Positions 18,423 to 29,033 of a stretch of DNA of 64,000 bases are shown piece by piece (the stretch's first letter is position 1; every line of letters starts with the position of its first letter). The DNA lies in the IMG/VR virus record IMGVR_UViG_3300031733_000001. One strand, given 5' to 3'. Under the pieces are notes generated by a model that was not told the origin of the DNA, did no database searches, and was given only the letters and a program-made list of their open reading frames with translations. A program made the position numbers and the translations under genes. Origin of the DNA: an uncultured virus (IMG/VR IMGVR_UViG_3300031733_000001) (lineage: Duplodnaviria; Heunggongvirae; Uroviricota; Caudoviricetes).

Positions 18423-21400
18423 ATGCCGAGCGAAGAACTCAAAGATTTCGTAGAGGAGCGTCTCCGAGCCTATGACCCGGACATCGATCTGACGGAAGGT
18501 TCGCCCGCGCAGGCCCAGGTGGTGGACCCCATCGTGAACCGGTTCGAGCCGGACCCGTTCGAGATGGACGTGTCCCTGTTCATCCAGACGCGCCTGCAGC
18601 AGGAGTTTCCGAACACCAACTTCCGGGAGGGGTCTGGGATCTACGACCTGTTGGTGAAGGCAGACCAACTGCTGCTGGACCCGATCGCCCGGGAGGTGAC
18701 ACTCATCAAGCAGGGGCAGTCTCTGGCCAACCCCGAGCTACTGGCCGAGACGGAGATGGACGCCCTGGTGGCCAACATGTTCGTCGGTCGTACCACTGGT
18801 GGTCTGTCGACTGGCACCGTCCGGCTCTACTTCAACGCTCCCGTGGGCCTCAACATCAGCGTTGGCAACGTCTGCTACACCTCCAGCGGCCTCCGCTTCC
18901 TCCCGACCACGCTCCAGAGCATCTCAGCCGAGGCGATGGTCTTCAACCAGTCCGGCAACCTCTACTACTTCGACATCCAGGTGACGGCCGAGAGGGCCGG
19001 CTCCGAGTACAACATCGGCAAGGAAGAGATCGTCGGCATCACCAACCTCAACGCCGCTGTGCGGGTGACCAACCCCGAGCGGTTTGAGGACGGCCTGGAC
19101 GAAGAGACCAACGATGAGCTGGTCGAGAAGGCAGAGGAGGCGATCACCGAGCGGTCCCTGGTCGTGGGCCGGGGCGTCTCCACCAGGCTGCAGAACGAGT
19201 TCGAGAGCCTGGTCCACCTGCAGGTCGTCGGTATGTTCGACGAGGAGATGGGGCGGGACGTCATCACCGGCGGGGACCTCGGGCCGATCTTGTTGGACGG
19301 CGCCGACGGCTACACGGAGGATGACGACGACGGTGACAGCGAAACTCTCTACTTCAAGGTCCGTCACGGAACGCTCCCGCAAGATCCCTTCCTGAGCTTC
19401 TTCGGGGCAGCGGGAAGTACGGACGACGAGTACTACCTGACCTACAGCGAGAGCAAGTACGGCACGGATGGGGAGGTGCCCAGCGCGAATCTGGATCACT
19501 TCAAGTCGGCCACGGCGCAGTTCAAGTCCACAGATGTTGGTAGCGCCATCGTCACCCTGGACGCCCTGGCTGGCAACATCGGCCTGGCGGTCGTCACCGC
19601 CTACGTGGGTGTCGGTGAGGTGGAGATCAACCGCGTGGGTGTGACGGAGGCCCCCGGCATCACCTGGTTCCTGATCCGTCGGGCGGTGGACGTACAGATC
19701 GACTCGGTGATCGGCGCCAAGGAGCTGAAGCTCAAGACGGCCATCCCGGTGGACATGGAGGCCCTGACCTGGTCCGTCCGGAAGAAGATCCTCACCCTCT
19801 CCGACATCCCCGGCGGCATCATCTTCAGCGATGATGCGGCGGGGCTGGAGGTCAAGTCGGATGAGATCCACATCGGTGGGGCAGCGGACTTCTACGTGAG
19901 GGGGACCAGTGTGGAGGAGTCCGAGCTGGTCCTTCCCGCCATCGCCGATGAGACCCCGCTGGCGTCCGGGTTGAACATGAAGGGGGAGGTGGATGACCCC
20001 ACCAACCCCGATCACAAGGAGTTCGTCTACGTCACAGGCAAGGACTGGCCCAACCTGGGCGTGAAGACCGGCTACTCTCTGGTCATCGAGTCTGGGGTGA
20101 ACGCTGGCACCAAGACGATCCTCCGCACTGGCACCAAGCCGGCCACGATGGGAGGTTTCGGGCGGGAGTACCTCCAGATCGATCCACCGCTCACGTCAAC
20201 CGACCTGGCGATGCGCTACAAGATCGTGGACGACATCGACATCAACCTGCGGGAGCCACGGGTGATGCGGGGAGAGGGCACAGACCTCCAAACCATCCAG
20301 CTCAGTGCCCAGGTCACCACCACCAGTGCAGTGGACTTCAGCGCCCTGGGGGCAGAGGAGGACGACACGCTCCGGCTGTTGGATGGTCAGGATGAGGGTG
20401 ACTACAACGTGGAGAGCATCTCCGGGGTGGGGAACAAGTACCTCAACCTGGGGTCGCAGATGCGGTCCACGGCCAACAACATCAGCTGGGAGCTGTTCAA
20501 GGCCTACGACGGTCTGGAGTTCCCTCTGGTCAGGATCACCAGCGTGGAGCTGCTCGACAGCTCGGACCAGCCCACGGGGGACGCTGTCCCCTACGCAGAC
20601 CCCGTGGATGCGCGGACGACTGCCTTCTCCAACGCTGGGCGCGGGACCAAGGTGAGCACGTCGGACGCCATCCTGGGCATCGTGGGGACGGCGGACTTGG
20701 ATGGACTGACCTATCCCCTGGGTGCGTGTGTACTGGCTGTGTCGATCAACGGCGGCTCGGAGCAGGTGATCACTCTCACAGGCTCTACCAACAAGACCGA
20801 CCTCATCAACAAGATCAACGCTGTCGTCTTCAACATCGGCGGCTACCTCGATGTGGACGGCGAGTCCCGACTGACCATCCGTTCCGGAGATCGGTGGCTG
20901 CGTGTCCTGCCGGAGGCTTCGAGCAGCAGCTACAGCCTCTCCACTGTGGGGCTCGACGCCCTGGGCGAGGACAACAGGCAGATCAAGAGCCTCAACAACA
21001 TCGCCGATTGGACCTCCGGCACCTACGACCTCAAGCCCATCAAGGACGTGGTCTACGTCAGGACGGGTGACAACATCGGGTACCTCTACCTGATAGCCGT
21101 CGAGAGCTCGCCCAACAGGTTGCTGGCAGTGGGCTTCGATGAGGACGCCGGGCGCGTCCGGTTCCTCCAGCCCAACACGAACATCTCCGTCGCAGCCGGC
21201 TCGCGCTCCTATGGCAAGGCCAGGCTCTACTTTCTCGACCCCACCAGCATCACTGTGCATGGGGCCTGGCGGCCGGCCCTCAAGAACACCACGGAGATCC
21301 CAGCCAATGCAGCCATCGAGGCGGCTGGTGGGACCATCGTGGCGGACGAATATCCACGGACCTACTTCACTGCGGAGATCGGCGGGACGAGGCTTCGGTT

Positions 21401-22775
21401 CTTCCCAGATCCGGACTTGAAGCGGCAGGTGCTGCCGTCCTCGTCCGAGGATGTCCCCAACAACCTGACCACGGACGGCACCACGCGGGTCCAGTCGGAT
21501 GATGCCCCCAGCGGCACTCTGGGGAAGAACTCCCGGGACTCGGTGATCGACTTCTTGCTCAGGGAAGTGCAGGTTGGAGACCTGCTCGAGGTGGACTACC
21601 AGCCCATCCAGGGCACGGTGGACGTCAGGGACACCTCCGCCGGCGGCGCCATCGACTATGGCAATGCCACACACCCCCTGGCCGGCAAGACCCTGATCAT
21701 GTCCATCGATGGGGCCCTGCCTCGGACGATCACCCTCACGGACCAGATCGAAGATGAGGATGATCTGGTGGACGAGATCAACTCCGGCTTTGGTGTCTCG
21801 GACCTGGTGGACCTGGAGGAGATCTCTAGCGCCAAGTACCTGCGCTTCGAGGGAGACTTCGAGTTCACCCTGCACGGCAACGGGACCGCGAACACGGTCC
21901 TGGGTCTGGGCACCTCGACTGTGGACAACGACGCGGACGCCAAACCGGCAAGCGTCTACTATACGATCCTCGGCGTGGGGCACCCAACAGACCTGGAGGA
22001 GCACGGCTACCTGGTCCTCAGCGCCACTGCGGCTGCGGGACAGGCCCAGCACTTCAAGGTCTGGCGGGAGGGAGATCAACGCATCCACTCCACCGACATG
22101 CAGAACAACCTGGAAAACGGGTTGTATTACGTGGATGTGGAGCTGGTCTCGGAAGGCGTCGGGGACGACTGGAACCTCGACCCCGGCGAGCTCATGGAGG
22201 TCTCCGGGCACGACTCGGATGGGTACAGGCTGAGCGTGGTGGACCCGAACCTCAGCTACTCCATCGAGGAGGAGCTGGTCATCTCCATCAGCGGGCGCAT
22301 CCTGACGGTGGGCTCGACAGACCGTCCTGACCAGGCAACGCTGCTGTCCGGGCAGAACATCCAGGTGAACTACGAGCGGTCGCCACTGGCGTCCTCCATC
22401 CAGAGCTTCGCCTCTTCCCAGCTCGAGCGGGTCCTGTGCGCCAGCCTCCTGGTCAGGCATCTGCAGCCCCACTACCTCAACTTCGAGCTGACCTATCGAG
22501 GTGGATCTTCCGCCGACATCGTGGAGGGCGATGTCCAGGACTACCTGGACGGTCTCGGCCCGGACGATCGGGTGGAGGCGTCAGATCTGCAGGACCTGGC
22601 CAACCGGCGTGGTGCGGACTACGTCCAGAGTCCGCTCGAGCTGGTAGCCATCGTCCATGACGAGGAGCGGATGATCTCCGTCGACCGCTCGGAGAACTAC
22701 GTCACCAAGGGCCGCTTGGCCACCTTCTTCGAGGGGGAGATCGTAGTGACGCGGGAGGAGAGTACAGTCCTCTAG
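18423..22775 (+). CDS. baseplate J-like wedge protein with large insertions
   Basis: DLTEGS, GTVRLYF, VTAERAGSEYNI, VTNPERFEDGLDEETNDEL baseplate-J motifs; 1450 aa. Confidence 0.8.
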   Translation: MPSEELKDFVEERLRAYDPDIDLTEGSPAQAQVVDPIVNRFEPDPFEMDVSLFIQTRLQQEFPNTNFREGSGIYDLLVKADQLLLDPIAREVTLIKQGQSLANPELLAETEMDALVANMFVGRTTGGLSTGTVRLYFNAPVGLNISVGNVCYTSSGLRFLPTTLQSISAEAMVFNQSGNLYYFDIQVTAERAGSEYNIGKEEIVGITNLNAAVRVTNPERFEDGLDEETNDELVEKAEEAITERSLVVGRGVSTRLQNEFESLVHLQVVGMFDEEMGRDVITGGDLGPILLDGADGYTEDDDDGDSETLYFKVRHGTLPQDPFLSFFGAAGSTDDEYYLTYSESKYGTDGEVPSANLDHFKSATAQFKSTDVGSAIVTLDALAGNIGLAVVTAYVGVGEVEINRVGVTEAPGITWFLIRRAVDVQIDSVIGAKELKLKTAIPVDMEALTWSVRKKILTLSDIPGGIIFSDDAAGLEVKSDEIHIGGAADFYVRGTSVEESELVLPAIADETPLASGLNMKGEVDDPTNPDHKEFVYVTGKDWPNLGVKTGYSLVIESGVNAGTKTILRTGTKPATMGGFGREYLQIDPPLTSTDLAMRYKIVDDIDINLREPRVMRGEGTDLQTIQLSAQVTTTSAVDFSALGAEEDDTLRLLDGQDEGDYNVESISGVGNKYLNLGSQMRSTANNISWELFKAYDGLEFPLVRITSVELLDSSDQPTGDAVPYADPVDARTTAFSNAGRGTKVSTSDAILGIVGTADLDGLTYPLGACVLAVSINGGSEQVITLTGSTNKTDLINKINAVVFNIGGYLDVDGESRLTIRSGDRWLRVLPEASSSSYSLSTVGLDALGEDNRQIKSLNNIADWTSGTYDLKPIKDVVYVRTGDNIGYLYLIAVESSPNRLLAVGFDEDAGRVRFLQPNTNISVAAGSRSYGKARLYFLDPTSITVHGAWRPALKNTTEIPANAAIEAAGGTIVADEYPRTYFTAEIGGTRLRFFPDPDLKRQVLPSSSEDVPNNLTTDGTTRVQSDDAPSGTLGKNSRDSVIDFLLREVQVGDLLEVDYQPIQGTVDVRDTSAGGAIDYGNATHPLAGKTLIMSIDGALPRTITLTDQIEDEDDLVDEINSGFGVSDLVDLEEISSAKYLRFEGDFEFTLHGNGTANTVLGLGTSTVDNDADAKPASVYYTILGVGHPTDLEEHGYLVLSATAAAGQAQHFKVWREGDQRIHSTDMQNNLENGLYYVDVELVSEGVGDDWNLDPGELMEVSGHDSDGYRLSVVDPNLSYSIEEELVISISGRILTVGSTDRPDQATLLSGQNIQVNYERSPLASSIQSFASSQLERVLCASLLVRHLQPHYLNFELTYRGGSSADIVEGDVQDYLDGLGPDDRVEASDLQDLANRRGADYVQSPLELVAIVHDEERMISVDRSENYVTKGRLATFFEGEIVVTREESTVL

Positions 22776-23089
22776 TCCTCCGGGCCCTCCAGCAAGGGCA
22801 CAGCAGATTCGAAGGCGTTCGCCACGTTCCCCATCTTGATCACCAGTCCGGTATGTGGGTCGAATAGACAGCCGCAGTTGTCACACTCCAGCTGATAGTA
22901 GGCCAACGGTTTCCCGGCCCGAAACAGGCGGTTGGGGTCTCCCGTCTTGGTCAGTGCGTTTCCACCACATTGTGGGCAGGACTGGTCCTTGTAGAACTGG
23001 TCACGCTCTTGGGCCATAGGAGTGATGACATCTTTCTGCCCTTCTAGTAACTTGAGGGTGATCCTGGGGTCCATGGGCTTGAGGTTCAT
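22772..23089 (-). CDS. zinc-ribbon protein (opposite strand)
   Basis: CPQCG...CDNCG; has its own promoter-like sequence. Confidence 0.7.
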   Translation of the reverse strand: MNLKPMDPRITLKLLEGQKDVITPMAQERDQFYKDQSCPQCGGNALTKTGDPNRLFRAGKPLAYYQLECDNCGCLFDPHTGLVIKMGNVANAFESAVPLLEGPED

Positions 23090-23095
23090 GAGCTC

Positions 23096-23124
23096 AGGTT
23101 AGCGCCACGAGATCGGAACTTCAA
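23096..23124 (-). promoter_or_regulatory. sigma70-like promoter, probably leaderless transcript
   Basis: TTGAAG-N17-TAACCT ending 6 nt before the ATG at 23089; no SD. Confidence 0.5.
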
Positions 23125-23128
23125 TAGT

Positions 23129-23158
23129 TTGACCGTCTTGTGATGCGGGAAGTAGAAT
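23129..23158 (+). promoter_or_regulatory. sigma70-like promoter
   Basis: TTGACC-N18-TAGAAT in an AT-richer divergent gap. Confidence 0.6.
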
Positions 23159-23188
23159 TCGGTCATACTGTTGGTCAAGGAGACGACT

Positions 23189-25693
23189 ATGCTAGATCAG
23201 GAAGGTCGGAAGCGGGCCAAGGATGTCGCTGCAATAGGAGGCCGCTTCCGAATCGTCCGCCATGATGTGAGCGGCATCAAGGGATCTGGTCCCGACGGCG
23301 AGGTACGCTTCGAGGACTTGTGGGAGATGGCCAAGGGCCGTGCATCCCAGCTCCGGAGCAAGTTTCGGGACAGGGTGAAGCAGGACCTGGTGTTCCACAA
23401 CAAGTTCACCAAGCGTGGTCTCTCCTTCATCATGCTGGTCCTCCTCAGGGGACACAACTCGGTCACGGACGAGTCGTTGGTGGAAGGTTCGATCACCACT
23501 GATACCACGTCCAACCCGTTTCAGGCGCTCTTCCTGATGGCCGACAAGGTCGGCTACCCCGCCGACGCTAAAGTGACCTGGGACGAGAGCGATCTCGGCA
23601 ACAACGCCAAGATCCCACCCGCCCCAACGCTCAACGTTGGCACGTCCCACACGCTGTACGAGGGACGTAGAGGGATTGACACCGACAAGACCACCGACCC
23701 CGGCCTCAAGCGGATCACCAAGTCGTGGGTCTCTACCAACCCCTACGGCGAGATGGAGATGACCTTCTACTCGCCGAGCCCCATCGATTCTCTGGTCAAG
23801 GCTACTGGAGACCTGGACTTCAGCTCGGTCCCGGATGACGGGGACTACATCATCCTGGATGACGGCATCAACGACCCCGTGCGCATCGAGTTCGACAGTG
23901 ACAATTCGATCACGGTGGGTGTCCCGGGGACCGACTACGCCACGAGGTGTGACATCACCGGCTCGCCCAGCGTGGACACCATGGCCACCCGGCTGGCAGC
24001 GGTGATCCAGGGCATCGGCGACAAGCTCTACATCTCGGCAGCGGTGGACGACGTCAACCTCAGCCAGGTCAACCTGACCCACGAGGCCGGAGGGTCGATC
24101 GGCAACCAGACCATCGATATCAGCAACGCCACCGGCCACTTCACCAAGAACGACATGGCTGGTGGCACTGACCCGTCGATGGACGACGACCAGATCACCA
24201 ACTTCCCGATCAAGTCGGTAGGCTTCGCCAGGGACGTCAACTGCGGCAACGGCGAGACCCACAGCAAGAACGGCCTCCGCGCCATCGTCGGGCTGGCGCC
24301 GACAGATCAAGGCAAGGCCGACATCCTGTGGGTCCACGAGGCCGCGAACTTCATCCCAGCCACCCCGACGCTCACGGTGCTCCACCACTACATCGACGAC
24401 AACGGAGCCAACCGCCAGACGATCACCAGCCAGAGCGGGGTGGATGGCTATGTGGCTCGCTCCGGGCCGTTCCCCGATCCCACGCCCCCGACCATCGGGG
24501 GCGAGAAGGCCGATGACGTGCTAGCCACGTTCGGCAACGGCATCGCTATCACCGCGGCCACCAACCAGTTCGTGCTCGATGAGGCCGAGTGGCTCCAGCT
24601 CAGTACGCTGGGGTTCGATGAGACCCACATGCGGCTGGTGCTGCGCGTCACCAACTCGGCCACAGGAGGGAACAACAAGGACTACCACATCCGGGAGATC
24701 ATGGGCCCGAAGACGGTGCGGACCTTCGAGTCCCCGGCGGCGGATGACGACGACACGACCACCCCGGCTCTACAGGTCCAGCTGGTCCGGACCTACCAGG
24801 GCGCCAACGCCTTCGATGGTCATCTGGCCAACGAGGGCAAGACCGAGGCCCCGTCCAACCACAGCGACCCCCGGGGCACCGTGGTCAACGGTGAGAAGTG
24901 GGTCTCCCAGAACCTGGCCGGGCCGCACGTGATCGGTCGGGTGTGGGGAGCGTCCTCCAAGCAGGTCAAGCGCATCAGGATCATCGCCCCACCGGGGGTG
25001 AGCCGGGAGTACCTGCCGGACGAGTTCCAGATCCAGTACCTCGACCCCACCAAGGTGGGCTCCCCTCCTGGTGACCTCCGGCCTGGGGACGAGACTCACT
25101 GGACGGACATCCCGGCTGGGGAGGGTGACTACACCTCTGGTGGTGAAGCGGTCGACCTCTACACAGCCGGGCAGTACGGCAAGGAGTACGTGTTCACCAC
25201 AGCCACGCCGGCGTGCTACGGCATCCGGCTCAAGGACATCCGGTCGGAAGACGACACCCAGCGCGTGGAACTCGCTCAGCTCATGATCGGCGAGGAGGTT
25301 GGGGCGCCCGAGGGATTCCCGATCACCTTCAGCAACGATCGGCTCAAGTTCAGCGTGGACGGCGGGGCCACCGATCTTTACGTGGACCTGCCGGACGTCT
25401 CTTCCACGTCCGACATGCAGGACCTGGTGGACGCTATCAACCAGGCGGTGGTCGGGTACGGGGTGGAGGCCGTACGTTCCACCTTCGGTTTCTTGTGGTT
25501 CCGGGCTACGGTGCAGGGGGACAACAGCACCCTTCGGGTCTACGACTACGGGAAGTCCGGTTCGTTGGGTCTCACGTCCGGCGGTGATGTGAACCGGACA
25601 GGGGTCACCCAGTTCGTGAGGCAGCTCGTTAAGGACGCACTCACGATCATCTACCGCTTCAGTATGTGGGGCAACCGCCCGCAGGCTGTATAG
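23189..25693 (+). CDS. tail/baseplate protein with discoidin (F5/8 C)-like and IN-motif-like domains
   Basis: AAGGAG RBS before ATG 23189; NAFDG...W...PDEFQIQY...W...IRL...ELAQL discoidin-type pattern. Confidence 0.65.
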   Translation: MLDQEGRKRAKDVAAIGGRFRIVRHDVSGIKGSGPDGEVRFEDLWEMAKGRASQLRSKFRDRVKQDLVFHNKFTKRGLSFIMLVLLRGHNSVTDESLVEGSITTDTTSNPFQALFLMADKVGYPADAKVTWDESDLGNNAKIPPAPTLNVGTSHTLYEGRRGIDTDKTTDPGLKRITKSWVSTNPYGEMEMTFYSPSPIDSLVKATGDLDFSSVPDDGDYIILDDGINDPVRIEFDSDNSITVGVPGTDYATRCDITGSPSVDTMATRLAAVIQGIGDKLYISAAVDDVNLSQVNLTHEAGGSIGNQTIDISNATGHFTKNDMAGGTDPSMDDDQITNFPIKSVGFARDVNCGNGETHSKNGLRAIVGLAPTDQGKADILWVHEAANFIPATPTLTVLHHYIDDNGANRQTITSQSGVDGYVARSGPFPDPTPPTIGGEKADDVLATFGNGIAITAATNQFVLDEAEWLQLSTLGFDETHMRLVLRVTNSATGGNNKDYHIREIMGPKTVRTFESPAADDDDTTTPALQVQLVRTYQGANAFDGHLANEGKTEAPSNHSDPRGTVVNGEKWVSQNLAGPHVIGRVWGASSKQVKRIRIIAPPGVSREYLPDEFQIQYLDPTKVGSPPGDLRPGDETHWTDIPAGEGDYTSGGEAVDLYTAGQYGKEYVFTTATPACYGIRLKDIRSEDDTQRVELAQLMIGEEVGAPEGFPITFSNDRLKFSVDGGATDLYVDLPDVSSTSDMQDLVDAINQAVVGYGVEAVRSTFGFLWFRATVQGDNSTLRVYDYGKSGSLGLTSGGDVNRTGVTQFVRQLVKDALTIIYRFSMWGNRPQAV

Positions 25694-25703
25694 GAGGCTG
25701 ACG

Positions 25704-26375
25704 ATGCAGGGCTTCTTCAAAGCAGTGGTTCACGATGCCTCCCACTTGGGAAAGACCCCGGAGGAGAAGGACCGCCCCTTCCTCGAGGCCATGAAGGCGG
25801 GGAAGATCATGGAGTTCTTGGACTCTCTGCCTGTGGTGCAGCAAGCCGATACGCCGAATCAGATCTTCCACACGATGCCGGCGTATCTCGGCTGGGCGAT
25901 CTTCGGTATGCCCGATGCTTGGTCTGGTTGGAGTGGCGGTACAAATGCAGGGCTGGCCGCCATGGAGCTGTGTACGGTGGCCACAGAACCCACATACACG
26001 GAGTGGAGCAATGTCTACCCCGTGTACAGGACGGACTTCGACGGGGACTCAGTTAACGCCACCTATACGCTCTGGAAGAGGTTCATCGAAGACCAATCCG
26101 AGCCGCACCGGATCTGGGTCGATGCTGGTGGTCGCGAAGGCTACTACTTTCGGGACAGGTTCTTGTGGCTGCCCAGCAATGGGCTCATGCCCAATATCCG
26201 CAGCGCGAGGCCGCTCTACGATCAGGATGCGGACATTACCGTTCCTGCCTACAACAAGCTGAGCCGGTTTGCGCGCACGCGGTTCAAGGATTCTGGCGGC
26301 AACCCGATCACGCTGGAGAAAACAGCCGATCAGTCGTTCCTCATCGAGTACATCCTGAAGCTCTTCTCTCGGTAG
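25704..26375 (+). CDS. tail-collar-like structural protein
   Basis: AGGAGG RBS; C-terminal ITLEKTADQSFLIEYIL resembles the end of 37009..37698. Confidence 0.55.
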   Translation: MQGFFKAVVHDASHLGKTPEEKDRPFLEAMKAGKIMEFLDSLPVVQQADTPNQIFHTMPAYLGWAIFGMPDAWSGWSGGTNAGLAAMELCTVATEPTYTEWSNVYPVYRTDFDGDSVNATYTLWKRFIEDQSEPHRIWVDAGGREGYYFRDRFLWLPSNGLMPNIRSARPLYDQDADITVPAYNKLSRFARTRFKDSGGNPITLEKTADQSFLIEYILKLFSR

Positions 26376-26384
26376 GAGGCCCTG

Positions 26385-26630
26385 ATGAAATGGTTTTACC
26401 CGGTCACGCAAGCGAACGGGCGAAAGTGTGGCGCTGGTCCGTTCGATAGCGAGTCCGCTGCCAACGCGGACAAGGCAGTGCGGGCGGAGGCCTATCCCAC
26501 GGAGGTTATGGGGGATGCTTTCGAGGAGGAAGACGACTACACGTTCCCGGAGTCGATCGTAGATGTGGGGCGCGGGGACGGCTCTCGGTATCTTGTCTAC
26601 GCGGATGGAAGCACCTCGGAACTGACGTAG
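26385..26630 (+). CDS. small acidic hypothetical protein
   Basis: AGGAGG RBS; fills the gap between neighbours. Confidence 0.65.
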   Translation: MKWFYPVTQANGRKCGAGPFDSESAANADKAVRAEAYPTEVMGDAFEEEDDYTFPESIVDVGRGDGSRYLVYADGSTSELT

Positions 26631-26631
26631 T

Positions 26632-29025
26632 ATGCCGTCTGTCCGCAAGACCTACGGGATCACGAAGTACCTGCCGGTCACGAAGCCTTCCGGGGTGACG
26701 GCAGATCCACTCTTCGCGTTCCACTTCAAGCCGGACGGTGACTACCTGACAGACCGTACCGGTAACGCCCGCGATGCGTCGGTCGTCACGGGAGCGTTCG
26801 AGTTCCAGCAAGATCCCGAGACGGGGCTGTACGGCATCAACTTCGGTTCTGGTGACCATGAGCTCATCCTGCCGGCGGAGGAGGCACTCCGCGTGGCCAA
26901 GGATGATGCCGGCGGCGGGGATGCTTCGCTGACGCTCGAGGCGCTCGTCAGGCAGGAACTCAACGTTTCTGGGATCATCCTCGGATGTGACGCTGGTGGT
27001 GAGAGCCCCCAGACCAACTACCTCTGGCAGCTTGGTCCCGTATGGAACAACGCCGGGGTGTGGCAGTACTACTCGTTCACCGAATACGGCAATGGCACCA
27101 ATAACCCGGTGTCCTCTACCGCTCCGGCAGCCTTCGACACGTTGATCTACCTCGTCCTCACGATCAGCTCAGATGGGCTGACCTGGACGTACTACGTCAA
27201 CGCGGTCAACGTCGGGAACTATGTGCTGACCAACCCGGCACAAAAGAACGATTCTGGTGGCAACGCACAACGTGTTCGAGTTGGCAGACAGGAGAGTGGT
27301 TCCGTCGACTTCAAAGGCCTACTCTGTTCTCTTCGCATGACAGCGGAGGTCTTCGACCAGGCCGACGTGACCGAGACTTGGAACGCCCTCCAGGGGGAGA
27401 TCGGCACGTTCTACGGCGACGCGGACGTGGTCCAGGTACAGGATGGGACGGCCTTCCCAGACCAGGCCGGTCCGAGGGTCTATCAGAGCGGGCTGTCCGG
27501 ACCTCAGCGGATGCCGGGACCAGCTACCCAGCAGTCCGGGTCACAGGGTCCCTTCGATGATGTGGATGTGTTCGACGAAGCTGGTCCAGCTATCCAGCTG
27601 GGAGATTCCTACGGCAACTCGCCAGGCGAGGGGGTTCACATCCCGGCCGTCGCCGGAACCGAACACAGCGTAGACGTGTTCGATGAGGCCAGCCACTTCC
27701 TCAGCGTGCTGACCGACTATCGCCGGGACACCAATGACTTCAACGGTCACCCACACTTCATTGGTGAGCGGGTTCTGCTGGGCTTCGTCTACGACGCTGC
27801 GGCCGAGGCGGGCCCATGGACCAACCCTACGGACCCCTCCTTCAGCGGCTACGGCAAGGATGGGCACTTCTACCTGAGCGGTGTGGACCAGGGCAGCTTC
27901 GCCCCCTGGTACAGCGAGACCGAGAGTGACGACAGAGGTCCAGATCAAGCATTCCCGGACAAGGTGTTGATCTGCTACACGGTAGATGGGGTAAGCGAGA
28001 CACCCAAGGAGGTGGTGATCTTCAACCTGGACAACTTCCCCACCACGCTCGACGTGTGGATGCGGTTCAGGTTCGGGAGCAGTGGTGGCAACTACACCAT
28101 GATGGGGAGGGTCAACCAGAAGGTGAATGACCTGGCGATGGCCAACGGCATCTTGTCTGTGGTCACAAGGGAGGGCGACTACCGGGGGGCACTGCATCTG
28201 ATCAATTTCACCCAAACGGGGAAGGACTGTGGGCATTACATACGCTCCGACAACCACCTGATATGGCAACCAGCCACGGAGATCGCCGGGAGAAACCTGA
28301 CCGGATCGTCGCAGTGGACCACCTCTGGGGTCACTGTCTCTCTCCGAACAGACGAGGAGTACATCTACTCGGTCGACATGTGGGCAGAGGGCGCTGTGAC
28401 CTGGGTGGTCATCGCGGGGGAAGATCCCGGCCCGAACCTCTACAGGATCGCCGACTATCCTGATTGGCGTGTCACCCCGACTGGAGAGGTTGGGGACGGC
28501 AACATAGGAGACGCCAGGAGAGTGGCCTTTGACGAGGATGGCCACTGGTGGATCGCAATCCAGAACAAGATCTTCCGCGTGCCGACAGTCGACTGGAAGG
28601 ACGGGTATGCCTACCTGGACACCAGCGTGCCGGCCCGCCGTAGGGCTGGTGCCCCGGAGTGGCTCGAGCTGCCCCACAACGTGACCCAACTGGTCCCCCT
28701 CGCGAACTACATCTTCGTGGGGACCGAGGCGGGGGTCTACCGGGTTCACCGGGGAACGCTGGACTATGCCCTGGCCTATACCATCGAGGGTGGTGGGGGA
28801 GGAGGAAACAACGACACGCCGCCGAACGGGGAGGTGATCGCCGGTGGGACTCCGGAGATCATGAGCTTGTGGGGAGAGGCGCTGCACTCCTCGCACTACC
28901 TGTACGTCGCCACCCGGAGGGGAGCGACGGTCATCCGGCTCATGGATGACAAGCCGGTGGGTGCGTTCGAGTTCAACGTCCTGCACGAGCCGAGTGCCCA
29001 CTTCAACGTGCCGACGATCGACTGA
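26632..29025 (+). CDS. tail/receptor-binding protein (LamG/ConA-like plus beta-propeller-like)
   Basis: SLTLEALV...YLVLT...YYVNA...VG...FKGLL..LR LamG pattern; IFVGTEAGVYRV propeller blades. Confidence 0.7.
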   Translation: MPSVRKTYGITKYLPVTKPSGVTADPLFAFHFKPDGDYLTDRTGNARDASVVTGAFEFQQDPETGLYGINFGSGDHELILPAEEALRVAKDDAGGGDASLTLEALVRQELNVSGIILGCDAGGESPQTNYLWQLGPVWNNAGVWQYYSFTEYGNGTNNPVSSTAPAAFDTLIYLVLTISSDGLTWTYYVNAVNVGNYVLTNPAQKNDSGGNAQRVRVGRQESGSVDFKGLLCSLRMTAEVFDQADVTETWNALQGEIGTFYGDADVVQVQDGTAFPDQAGPRVYQSGLSGPQRMPGPATQQSGSQGPFDDVDVFDEAGPAIQLGDSYGNSPGEGVHIPAVAGTEHSVDVFDEASHFLSVLTDYRRDTNDFNGHPHFIGERVLLGFVYDAAAEAGPWTNPTDPSFSGYGKDGHFYLSGVDQGSFAPWYSETESDDRGPDQAFPDKVLICYTVDGVSETPKEVVIFNLDNFPTTLDVWMRFRFGSSGGNYTMMGRVNQKVNDLAMANGILSVVTREGDYRGALHLINFTQTGKDCGHYIRSDNHLIWQPATEIAGRNLTGSSQWTTSGVTVSLRTDEEYIYSVDMWAEGAVTWVVIAGEDPGPNLYRIADYPDWRVTPTGEVGDGNIGDARRVAFDEDGHWWIAIQNKIFRVPTVDWKDGYAYLDTSVPARRRAGAPEWLELPHNVTQLVPLANYIFVGTEAGVYRVHRGTLDYALAYTIEGGGGGGNNDTPPNGEVIAGGTPEIMSLWGEALHSSHYLYVATRRGATVIRLMDDKPVGAFEFNVLHEPSAHFNVPTID

Positions 29026-29033
29026 GGTGAAGC

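Noticed and set aside
20196..22472. 758-aa minus-strand ORF, and similar long antisense ORFs (1669..2856, 27541..29001, 49998..51875, 61510..62784)
   Set aside because: They mirror well-supported genes on the other strand. GC-rich codon bias removes antisense stops, and they show no motifs or RBS.
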